Origin: a virus
IMG/VR virus record: IMGVR_UViG_3300047462_000154
Coordinates: 32,001 to 96,000 of that record
DNA: 64,000 nucleotides
Strand: one strand, 5' to 3'
In this document: piece by piece, positions 9,904-17,987 of the stretch
Numbering within the stretch: the first letter of the stretch is position 1
Layout: each line of letters begins with the position of its first letter
The notes under the pieces: model-generated
What the model saw: the letters and a program-made list of their open reading frames with translations, nothing else
What the model was told of the DNA's origin: nothing
Database searches by the model: none
Translations under genes and position numbers: made by a program

Positions 9904-10316
9904 AATTATCTGATATATTAGAAAGCAAAATCATAACTGAATCATATAATGAACCATATAGTATTAAATTATATGAATATTCTACGGAAGCTACTGTTAG
10001 ATTTAATATGAATGATATCAAACAAGAAAAAGAAGATAATTTGAGAGAAAGTATTAATTTAATAAGAGATACATATAGAAATAAAAATATTGATGAAGAA
10101 ACAAGAAAACAAATATTTGAAATGATATCTGATGTTTATTATGATAGACAAGGAACAGTTGATAACAAGTATCAAGAAGATTTAAATAAAATTGCACATG
10201 CTTTTTATGTTCTTTTAGAAACAAAACTACAAGAATATATTGTTGTAAAAAACGAACATTTCAACATAAAACTGCAAGAATTGCAACAACAAATCAAAGA
10301 AAAATTTGGTGTTTAA
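9900..10316 (+). CDS. Hypothetical protein with MKLSDILES leader
   Basis: 138-aa ORF carrying the shared leader motif. Confidence 0.65.
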   Translation: MKLSDILESKIITESYNEPYSIKLYEYSTEATVRFNMNDIKQEKEDNLRESINLIRDTYRNKNIDEETRKQIFEMISDVYYDRQGTVDNKYQEDLNKIAHAFYVLLETKLQEYIVVKNEHFNIKLQELQQQIKEKFGV

Positions 10317-11438
10317 ATGGACGTTGTAAAAACCGTTCCAGTAAGACTAATTGATGATTACGAAATACATCTAGCAACCGCATTTCAAGAAATAGTGAAT
10401 TTAGGTTTAGAAGCATTTCCATCAAAAGGAAAAGGTACAGATTTAGCAAAATATAAAATATTCAAAAAATCACTTATCAAATATTCAAATTATCCATTTG
10501 TCAAACCAATCATGCAAAAAGTTAAAGAATGGGATATTGAATTAATTGATATTTTTCAAGCGAAAAGACATGCTTTAACAAAAAATCAAGAAATACTCAA
10601 AATGTCTGCTAATCTAACAAATCTTTTCTTATCAGGTAATATTGATTCCGCATATGAATACGCAAAATCAATCGAAAATACGGTAGCAAATAATAAAAAA
10701 AGAAATTATGATGTTAATTCTTACATTGGTAAAAAACACAATCCATTACATATAGAAAATCCTTTGTTCTTCGGAAGATATGGTTTATTAAACCAATTTG
10801 AAAAAGATGATATGATTGATATAAAAAATAAAAACCTTAATGAATATAAATGGACATATTTGTCTTTGCCAGAAAATAAAATGAGTGATTTTGAATATAT
10901 TGTTCATTGGATTCAAGAATTAAAAAACAATCCAAATCCAGTAGAATTATCTCCTGGATTATATAACAAATATTCTGAATTTACATATTCTTCATCAGAA
11001 TTTGAAGAATTGAAAAAAACATTAGAACAATATTTGCATGGAAATAACAAAAATCTTATTCCAAAAATTATTGAATTGTTGAATAAAATTCCAGATTTAA
11101 ATCAAACCAATGAAGACCAAAAAGAAAAAATAACAGAAGTGTATCGTGGGATTGCCATTGAAGAAGGGACAACAAAAAAAAATATTGTAGAACAAGAAAA
11201 ACGCAACAAATTTGTTGCAACATCTAAAAGACGTTATACAGCGAAGAAATTCGCATTTCGTCTTGGACATTTGGAAAGTATGGAAAATAGACGTTCTGAT
11301 TATGGAGCAATTATAACATATGAAACAACACCAGATTCTATTTTAATTGATACAAGTATTCTTGGCGGAGTTTTTGGTGAATCAGAAGTTATTATTGATG
11401 TATCAAAAGCAAAAATTAAAGATATAGATTTCGTATAA
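10317..11438 (+). CDS. Protein with C-terminal ADP-ribosyltransferase fold (R-S-E class)
   Basis: VYRGIA ... VATSKRRYTAKKFA ... FGESEVII. Confidence 0.65.
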   Translation: MDVVKTVPVRLIDDYEIHLATAFQEIVNLGLEAFPSKGKGTDLAKYKIFKKSLIKYSNYPFVKPIMQKVKEWDIELIDIFQAKRHALTKNQEILKMSANLTNLFLSGNIDSAYEYAKSIENTVANNKKRNYDVNSYIGKKHNPLHIENPLFFGRYGLLNQFEKDDMIDIKNKNLNEYKWTYLSLPENKMSDFEYIVHWIQELKNNPNPVELSPGLYNKYSEFTYSSSEFEELKKTLEQYLHGNNKNLIPKIIELLNKIPDLNQTNEDQKEKITEVYRGIAIEEGTTKKNIVEQEKRNKFVATSKRRYTAKKFAFRLGHLESMENRRSDYGAIITYETTPDSILIDTSILGGVFGESEVIIDVSKAKIKDIDFV

Positions 11439-11446
11439 ATATTTAA

Positions 11447-12730
11447 ATGAAATATATAGAAATTTTAGAATCGCGTTTAGACGAAATTGATGTTGGTCAT
11501 ATTGAACATGGTGATGCAGACAAATATTACGGATATAGTTTAAACGGAAAACTTCATACATATCCAAAAAATTCTGATAGTTATGAACAAGATATGAAAA
11601 AAGATTGGCGCGGCGGTAATGGTAACGATAATCCAATATTCAAACAGGATTATTCAAAAGCAATATCAACACCATCTCATTTTGTTGTTGATAATAGAAA
11701 CAAAGCAGTTAATTTAAATGTTGATATAACAAGTGAATTTCAATCCAGAAGAGAAAATAAAAAAATAGATTCATATAATCAAGAAGGCAATAAAGATTTT
11801 TATCCCATAATTGACCACAATGTTTCATTTAAAAAAACAATTGATTTAATAAAAAATTTAAAAGCACTTGTAAAAATTGATTCAAAAACACTTGATTATC
11901 ATGTAATAGGTGATGATAGAATTCCAAAAAATACAACAGTTAGAGATATCATTTCAAATAATGTTTCATTAGATAAACATACAGATTTGTATGATTCAAA
12001 TAAAGATTTCATCATAACATATCATGGCACTTCAATGAAACGTGCCAGTATTATTTTGAAACAAGGTTTAATACCATCAAAAAGACAAGAACAATATGGA
12101 GATTTGTTAGATGATTATAGCGAACATAATGTTTATTTGACTTTGGAACCAAATGAAGCAGCCAATTATGCAACTCGTGAAGCCATTAATGATGGTTCTA
12201 ACCCAGTTATTTTAAAAGTGTTGGTAAAGAAAACAGATTTTTCAAAATTAAGACCTGATGAAGATGCGATGAGTTGGTTTGACTATTTGGACAAAAATAT
12301 ATTAGCTAAGTTTTTTGAAAGAAATCCAATTTTAAAAGATTTGGAATTAAATTTTCATATCGGTCATCTTGACAAAAAAAATAAATTGGTAGATATTCAT
12401 TATAAATTAGAACCAAATATGTATCATCCAAAAGCACATATTGAAGCCAAAAAAATATTCAAAAAATATGGTTTGACTACACCAGAAAAAATTCAAGCAG
12501 AAGAACATAAATTATATAATGATTTAATGCAGACATTTGTTTCTGGTTCGTTTAATAAAAGTTTTAAAGAGAATGGCACTTTTGCCTATAAAGGAGTTAT
12601 TTTGCCAAAATTTATTTCAATGTTTAAAACATGGAAAATTAAGGGTTCTAAATTTAGCTCAAAAAATTCTAATGATTATTTAAACGCTTATAATAAACAA
12701 CAAGCAACAAAACAATATTTCGATAAATAA
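11447..12730 (+). CDS. ADP-ribosyltransferase-fold protein (H-Y class) with MKYIEILES leader
   Basis: TYHGTS..ASIILKQGL, NVYLT..AANYA, PVILKV and AYKGVILPKFI. TATAAATA at 11434-11441. Confidence 0.65.
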   Translation: MKYIEILESRLDEIDVGHIEHGDADKYYGYSLNGKLHTYPKNSDSYEQDMKKDWRGGNGNDNPIFKQDYSKAISTPSHFVVDNRNKAVNLNVDITSEFQSRRENKKIDSYNQEGNKDFYPIIDHNVSFKKTIDLIKNLKALVKIDSKTLDYHVIGDDRIPKNTTVRDIISNNVSLDKHTDLYDSNKDFIITYHGTSMKRASIILKQGLIPSKRQEQYGDLLDDYSEHNVYLTLEPNEAANYATREAINDGSNPVILKVLVKKTDFSKLRPDEDAMSWFDYLDKNILAKFFERNPILKDLELNFHIGHLDKKNKLVDIHYKLEPNMYHPKAHIEAKKIFKKYGLTTPEKIQAEEHKLYNDLMQTFVSGSFNKSFKENGTFAYKGVILPKFISMFKTWKIKGSKFSSKNSNDYLNAYNKQQATKQYFDK

Positions 12731-12735
12731 ATCAC

Positions 12736-12777
12736 ATGTTATTAAAAGAAATTTTTGAATTATCAATGAAGCATTGA
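12736..12777 (+). pseudogene. Leader-only remnant MLLKEIFELSMKH*
   Basis: ATAAATA at 12723-12729, then the leader motif, then a stop after 13 codons. Confidence 0.45.
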
Positions 12778-12936
12778 ATGTCGAAATGACCGCAAATCGT
12801 TTCGGTCGCCCGTTGAAAGTGAAATTGTTTTAAATAATGCATCAATATCTACCTTTGTAGATATTTCATTAAATTCATACTTCTTATAATTTGTTTGAAA
12901 CTTGTCTAAACACTTTGATAGATTATCTATTTTCAT
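12763..12936 (-). CDS. Small hypothetical protein (57 aa, MKIDNLSKCL...), not in ORF track
   Basis: Translated by hand; fills the gap downstream of 12968-13393. Confidence 0.35.
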   Translation of the reverse strand: MKIDNLSKCLDKFQTNYKKYEFNEISTKVDIDALFKTISLSTGDRNDLRSFRHSMLH

Positions 12937-12967
12937 AAAAGAAGATTATCTTTGAAAGAATATTTTG

Positions 12968-13393
12968 TCAATACCTTTGATAATAATCACTGGTAAAATA
13001 ATATCGAACAATAGTTCCATTTTTAATCGATGCATCATATGGAATGATACTAAAACATCCTATCAAAACACCAACTATATTATTACCATCAAACAAAACT
13101 AAATCACTTTTATAACTTGCACAAATTCTTAAATCATAATTCAAACATGTGCTCATTTTCTCAACAAATGTTTGGTCATATTCAATATCACAACTTATAG
13201 TTGAACCATATAAAGATAATGCCGTTGGACAATTCCAAACAACATTAGAAATTTTAATAGATTGATTGTTTAAAGATATTTGCGTGCAAGGTATTTGAAT
13301 AATTTGATGATGTGGATGAATATATGCGAATGGTTCAAGAACATTTTTTTGTTTATAATTAAAAATATTTGACAATAATGATAAAAGTTTCAT
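12968..13393 (-). CDS. Hypothetical protein
   Basis: 141-aa ORF. Confidence 0.55.
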   Translation of the reverse strand: MKLLSLLSNIFNYKQKNVLEPFAYIHPHHQIIQIPCTQISLNNQSIKISNVVWNCPTALSLYGSTISCDIEYDQTFVEKMSTCLNYDLRICASYKSDLVLFDGNNIVGVLIGCFSIIPYDASIKNGTIVRYYFTSDYYQRY

Positions 13394-13430
13394 TTTATAA
13401 AATTAAAATATTTTAGAAAAATAATCAATA

Positions 13431-13459
13431 AAAAAGCCAGGAAAATTTCCTGGCTTTTT
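13431..13459. terminator. Rho-independent terminator (bidirectional form)
   Basis: AAAAAGCCAGGAAA-A-TTTCCTGGCTTTTT, downstream of 13486-13893(-). Confidence 0.85.
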
Positions 13460-13485
13460 GTAAATAGAAGATTTTAAATAATCTA

Positions 13486-13893
13486 TTATGGGATAACGTT
13501 GGTAAGAACGGTTGCAGATAAAAGATTATCTGTACCAAAGCCATAGTTAACGCCGTTGACCTGTATAGAACCAACCAAAGTTGTGGTTGTTGGTAATGTT
13601 GAATAAGTACCAGCAGTCCATGAACCAGGATGCTCAATTGCGAAAAGCAATGAGTATGTGCCAGCGGAACCAGTTGGGTTATTCAAAATCACAGGCTGTC
13701 CATTCAATGAAATAATCTCAACGAGTTTATTCAAAGCAGCTTGTGAAGTGGCAGAACCACCAACTTGTGTTGATGTGAGGATATTTACCGAAGTATTGAG
13801 GGTCCAAAAATCTAAACCTATAACCAATGCTTGATCATTAGATGCATTGTCAGCAGCGGATTGTTTAACAACCCCAAATGTATAGTCAACCAT
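13486..13893 (-). CDS. Small virion structural protein (monocistronic late gene)
   Basis: T/G/S-rich 135 aa; AAGGA RBS; TATAAATA at 13928-13935; own terminator. Confidence 0.7.
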   Translation of the reverse strand: MVDYTFGVVKQSAADNASNDQALVIGLDFWTLNTSVNILTSTQVGGSATSQAALNKLVEIISLNGQPVILNNPTGSAGTYSLLFAIEHPGSWTAGTYSTLPTTTTLVGSIQVNGVNYGFGTDNLLSATVLTNVIP

Positions 13894-14025
13894 ATTAATA
13901 TTTCCTTATAGAATAGTTGTGTAATTGTATTTATAAAATTAATTTAAAAATTAACTGTTAGCATTATTTTATTAAATACAATTTTTGCTAAATACAATAA
14001 ACTTATTAAATCCAAAGGACTATCT

Positions 14026-14184
14026 GTGAAAATATCTGAAATGTTTGGTGATTCTTTTTCTCACAAAAAGATTGTTTGGAAAAAACGTGGTGATAATATC
14101 GAACGTTGTGAAGTAGAAATTGCGCCAGTATTTAATTCAAATTTAAATACAAAAATTGAAATACAGGATAAAGAACAATCATGA
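14026..14184 (+). CDS. Small protein with MKISEMF leader (52 aa, GTG start), not in ORF track
   Basis: AAGGA RBS, CTAAATA upstream, ATGA overlap with 14181. Confidence 0.6.
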   Translation: MKISEMFGDSFSHKKIVWKKRGDNIERCEVEIAPVFNSNLNTKIEIQDKEQS

Positions 14185-15293
14185 GCACATATTTGGAAAA
14201 ATTAGCTAAATTACTTAACATCAAAGGTGATGAAGCAGAAAAACTTCTTGATGCTTCAGATATTTCTGAATTAGTTTCTTTGACTGTTGCTGTTAATAAT
14301 AATGACAAACAAGCTGGTTTAGATATAATGCATAAAATTGAAGGTAAAACTAATTTTTTTATTGGTGAACCAGTTAATGTAAATGGCGAAAAAGCAACAG
14401 TAATTGAACCAGATGCTCCTGGTAATACAATGAAAATATCTAAAGGTGGAGTTCCAGAAATGGTTGATAAAAAAGATGTGGAAAAAATTGAAGAAGCCGT
14501 TGGATTTAAATTGAAATGGCGTATTAATGAAAAACCAACTGGTCAATATCGGTCTTTTGCAAAACGTCAATTTCCTGGTGCTGACTATCCAAATGGAAAA
14601 ATTGCCGTGGCTATTAGATGTGAGGATTCATATGTTCCAGCAAATGTAAAATCTGGTGAACATAAACCATTAGATGTTTTGATTGCAGATTGGAATAATG
14701 AAACCACAGATGGTAGACCAACATTTAGATGGCGAAAACTCAAAAAGCAATTTGCTACATTAGGCGAAGCAAAAACTGCTGCCACTGAATTTCTTGCAAA
14801 ACATCCTGAATTTCATCCAAAAGACGAACCAAAGAAAATTGAAGAAGGTGTAATTGGCATGACTTCAATTCCTGGAATTGATAGAATGAAAGTATTGGCT
14901 GGCATTAAACCACAAGGTTCTGTTGGTCCTGGTGAAACTAATGACCCCAATAATTCTCAAAACAGTAATGCAACAAATGTTAATTCAAATTCTCCAAATA
15001 CTCAACAACAAGAAGTTCCAAATAATGAGAGGGATTTGCCAAATGATATTGGTAAATTGAAAGATATGATTTTAAAAAACAATGAAAATGTTAAAGAGGA
15101 AGTTCAATATATTAGTTTACAAATTGCTGAACAAGATGTTTGTGAAGTTTGTTTGAATGCGATTGAAACATTAGAAAATAATATTGATGAATTAAAAGTT
15201 GGTGATTTATCTGAAGTTCGTTCAAGACTATTGAAATTGTATAATCATTTAAATGAATCGGTTTCTTTTACTGGCAGACAAAAGAAAGTATAA
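14181..15293 (+). CDS. Putative head/internal polyprotein with an inserted module between two KIEE sites
   Basis: KIEE|AVG...KIEE|GVI; DRMKVLAGIK motif; HLNES near the C-terminus. Confidence 0.6.
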   Translation: MSTYLEKLAKLLNIKGDEAEKLLDASDISELVSLTVAVNNNDKQAGLDIMHKIEGKTNFFIGEPVNVNGEKATVIEPDAPGNTMKISKGGVPEMVDKKDVEKIEEAVGFKLKWRINEKPTGQYRSFAKRQFPGADYPNGKIAVAIRCEDSYVPANVKSGEHKPLDVLIADWNNETTDGRPTFRWRKLKKQFATLGEAKTAATEFLAKHPEFHPKDEPKKIEEGVIGMTSIPGIDRMKVLAGIKPQGSVGPGETNDPNNSQNSNATNVNSNSPNTQQQEVPNNERDLPNDIGKLKDMILKNNENVKEEVQYISLQIAEQDVCEVCLNAIETLENNIDELKVGDLSEVRSRLLKLYNHLNESVSFTGRQKKV

Positions 15294-15643
15294 TGGAATC
15301 AATTGGTATTGATATGTTTGATGCAATTAACTGGTTACAGGATGAATATGGTTATATTCGTCATGTAGCTGAGAAGATAATTGTTGAATCTATTAAAACT
15401 GGAAAAATTATTATATCTGAGAATGGTGTTTATTTGACTGAATCTGACGAAGAATTTGAAGAAAATAGCAAAGGTTTAGCGCACAATATTTCTAGAAAAT
15501 ATTCAAGAACTCAATTTAGAAATCACAATCGAATAAAAAGTGCAAGAAAAATGGCTAATAAAATGTCAAGTAATAATAATGGTGATGAAGCTGCTGATAA
15601 TATGTTAAGACCTATTATTGAAGATGATGAGACTGATAAATGA
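15293..15643 (+). CDS. Hypothetical protein (head region)
   Basis: 116-aa coupled ORF. Confidence 0.6.
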   Translation: MESIGIDMFDAINWLQDEYGYIRHVAEKIIVESIKTGKIIISENGVYLTESDEEFEENSKGLAHNISRKYSRTQFRNHNRIKSARKMANKMSSNNNGDEAADNMLRPIIEDDETDK

Positions 15644-15870
15644 GATATTTAGAAATTGCATCTGGCATTAGAACCATTGTAAACATGGAAGAACAAGAAA
15701 TTATTGATGGTGCAAAAAATGGCATTATTACTGGTTTTAATTCTTGTGATGAACGCAAAAAAGAAATTATTAGGAAAATGATTGAAAAAAATATTTTAAC
15801 TTTGCATAAGCTTAATGGTAAGAAGGTAATTGCTGTAAATTCAGTAAATGATATTTGGAGAGACAGATGA
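15640..15870 (+). CDS. Hypothetical protein with MRYLEI leader
   Basis: 76-aa coupled ORF. Confidence 0.6.
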   Translation: MRYLEIASGIRTIVNMEEQEIIDGAKNGIITGFNSCDERKKEIIRKMIEKNILTLHKLNGKKVIAVNSVNDIWRDR

Positions 15871-16439
15871 GTAATATTTCAGAGATGGCGCGATTAATGG
15901 ACATTATGAATGGTAAGAAAACTTCTGCTGTTTCTGGTAATGTTGATGCTAAAACTGATTCTATGAAGAAGATTTTAGAAGCATTTTATGGTATGAGTGC
16001 GAATGCTGTTGAGACTGCCAAAGAGATTAAAGAAGTAAGAGAAGCGTATTTGACAGAAGAAACTGCGACTGGCGTTAAGATTGCTAATTGGTATATTGAT
16101 TGTTCTAAACAAAGTAATTTAAAAACTTATAGTATTCGTGAAGAATATTCTAGTTCTTATTTGGTTCATGATTTGGTTTTATATGAAGCGGCTTATGGTT
16201 TAGTTAAATTATTATTGGCAAATGAGGGTTTAGAATCCAATAATGTGAATATGATTTTGAAATTAGAATCAGATTATTCGAAATTTTTAAATGATGCTAT
16301 TAATTATAAACACATGTTATCAAGCAAAAATTTAAATGAGTCTAAACGCGCTATTTTGGAAGACAGATATGAATCTGCAAAATATTCTGCGGTTGCTGCA
16401 AAAAATCGTATAATGCAATTGTATAATGAAAAAATGTAA
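15855..16439 (+). CDS. Hypothetical head-region protein (likely start 15867)
   Basis: Helical; MKKILE and YLTEE motifs; GGAG RBS before ATG 15867. Confidence 0.65.
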   Translation: MERQMSNISEMARLMDIMNGKKTSAVSGNVDAKTDSMKKILEAFYGMSANAVETAKEIKEVREAYLTEETATGVKIANWYIDCSKQSNLKTYSIREEYSSSYLVHDLVLYEAAYGLVKLLLANEGLESNNVNMILKLESDYSKFLNDAINYKHMLSSKNLNESKRAILEDRYESAKYSAVAAKNRIMQLYNEKM

Positions 16440-16569
16440 ATCTTGTAAGACACCAGAAACTTGTGAAAAACAGGAAAAATGTGAAAAAATTAAATTTAAA
16501 GAATCTTTAAAAAATCCAGTAATTTGCAAAAAAGAAATTTGTGATTGTGGAAAGCAGGATTGCAAGTAA
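16426..16569 (+). CDS. 47-aa Cys/Lys-rich microprotein (8 Cys), not in ORF track
   Basis: MKKCKSCKTPETCEKQEKCEKIKFKESLKNPVICKKEICDCGKQDCK; overlaps the upstream stop and fills the gap. Confidence 0.55.
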   Translation: MKKCKSCKTPETCEKQEKCEKIKFKESLKNPVICKKEICDCGKQDCK

Positions 16570-16611
16570 AATCTTATAAAGAATAAATACCTGAAAATGG
16601 ATTAATTCTTT

Positions 16612-17724
16612 ATGGCTCAACTACATTTAAATTTAGGAACAACTGGTTCAAATAGTGGTGGTGATTCTTTACCTGTTATATTAACCAAAACAGAATCAAA
16701 TTTTATTGAATTATATGACCATGTTGCAAATTTAAATAATCCACATCAAGTTACTGCTGCACAAATAAATTTGGGCGCATACAATGTGATTGCCGCGTTG
16801 GGATATGTTCCTGCAAATGGTGGCGCATATAATGGTTCGATTAGTACAGCAAATCTTGGAAATATAACTTTAACTTTAACTGGTAGCGTTACTGGTGGAG
16901 CAACAAGTTCGGATGGTGTTTTATCTGTTCCGACAACTTTAATTCTTATGTCAAGTGATGTGACAAATGCTCTTGGTTACATCCCTTCAACACCAGTAAC
17001 CACAACACCAGGAACCTACAATACACTTGTGATTAATGGTGCTGGACAAGTTGTTTCTGCTTCAAACACGTCTTCTGGTTCTGGTGGCGGAATTAGTAAT
17101 ATAAATTTGACTTTAACTGGTTCTGTAAATGGTTCTGCATCAAGTGCAAGTGGCACATTATCATTGGCTACTACAGTATCATTGTCATCTTCTGATATTT
17201 CAAATGCGCTTGGTTATATTCCTTCTGCTCCTGTAAATACTACTGCTGGAACGTATAATAAGGTAGTAATAAATAATTCTGGACAAGTTGTTTCCGCTTC
17301 GAATTCTGGTGGAAGTTCTGGACCATTGATTTTCACTAATAATTCGTTAAGTTCCGTTAATAGTACATCTTCTGGTACTGTTGCTTCAGCTTCAATAACT
17401 TTGCAACCAGCGGCAATTTATTCATATATGTTAATAGGAAATTATTATACATCTTCTACATTGGGGGGTTCTGGAACTGGAGGAAATCCAAATTTTTATA
17501 TAACTGATAGTGGATTTGTATCAACTATTACAAATAAAATTTTTTCATCAAATCCATATGCAAGTTATTTAGGTGGTGGTAGTGGTCCAGGTAATGGAAA
17601 TGCTTTTGCATTATTATCTTTTACAAATCCAACAAGTTCTCCAGTAGTTGCGACTTTTAACGTAACCCAAACGGCTTCTGGATTTATAAACGCAAATATT
17701 CTTGCTGTTCCTATATCACATTAA
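16612..17724 (+). CDS. Baseplate/fibre protein with gp9/gp10-like N-terminal attachment motif and fibre repeats
   Basis: LGTTGSNSGGDSL...TKTESNFIELY; HVANLNNPHQVT; ALGYIPS..GTYN repeats shared with the 33.8-42 kb fibres. Confidence 0.7.
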   Translation: MAQLHLNLGTTGSNSGGDSLPVILTKTESNFIELYDHVANLNNPHQVTAAQINLGAYNVIAALGYVPANGGAYNGSISTANLGNITLTLTGSVTGGATSSDGVLSVPTTLILMSSDVTNALGYIPSTPVTTTPGTYNTLVINGAGQVVSASNTSSGSGGGISNINLTLTGSVNGSASSASGTLSLATTVSLSSSDISNALGYIPSAPVNTTAGTYNKVVINNSGQVVSASNSGGSSGPLIFTNNSLSSVNSTSSGTVASASITLQPAAIYSYMLIGNYYTSSTLGGSGTGGNPNFYITDSGFVSTITNKIFSSNPYASYLGGGSGPGNGNAFALLSFTNPTSSPVVATFNVTQTASGFINANILAVPISH

Positions 17725-17735
17725 TAAATAGAATT

Positions 17736-17987
17736 ATGAATAAAACCGATAATGCAATTAATAAATTCAATCATTTGCTTGAATCTAAATATGGTCTTTC
17801 CATAAATAATTCATCAATTGATGATTTGAATTTTATTTTTGAATATTATACCGAACAAAGAAATAATTATTCATCAGATGATGTGAGATATAAAAAAGCT
17901 TTTTTAATAAGTGAAGTTGCACGTTTGATGATTTTAAAAGAAATTATGCCTAAACCAAAAGGCAAAAAGAAAAGAGGAAGTCAATGA
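17736..17987 (+). CDS. Hypothetical protein (late)
   Basis: 83 aa; ATAAATA upstream. Confidence 0.6.
   Translation: MNKTDNAINKFNHLLESKYGLSINNSSIDDLNFIFEYYTEQRNNYSSDDVRYKKAFLISEVARLMILKEIMPKPKGKKKRGSQ

Noticed and set aside
9900-11438. Stop read-through fusing the leader ORF 9900-10316 to the in-frame ART 10317-11438
   Set aside because: The TAAATG junction also occurs at 862/863 and is explained by translational coupling; TAA is rarely read through. Not fully excluded.
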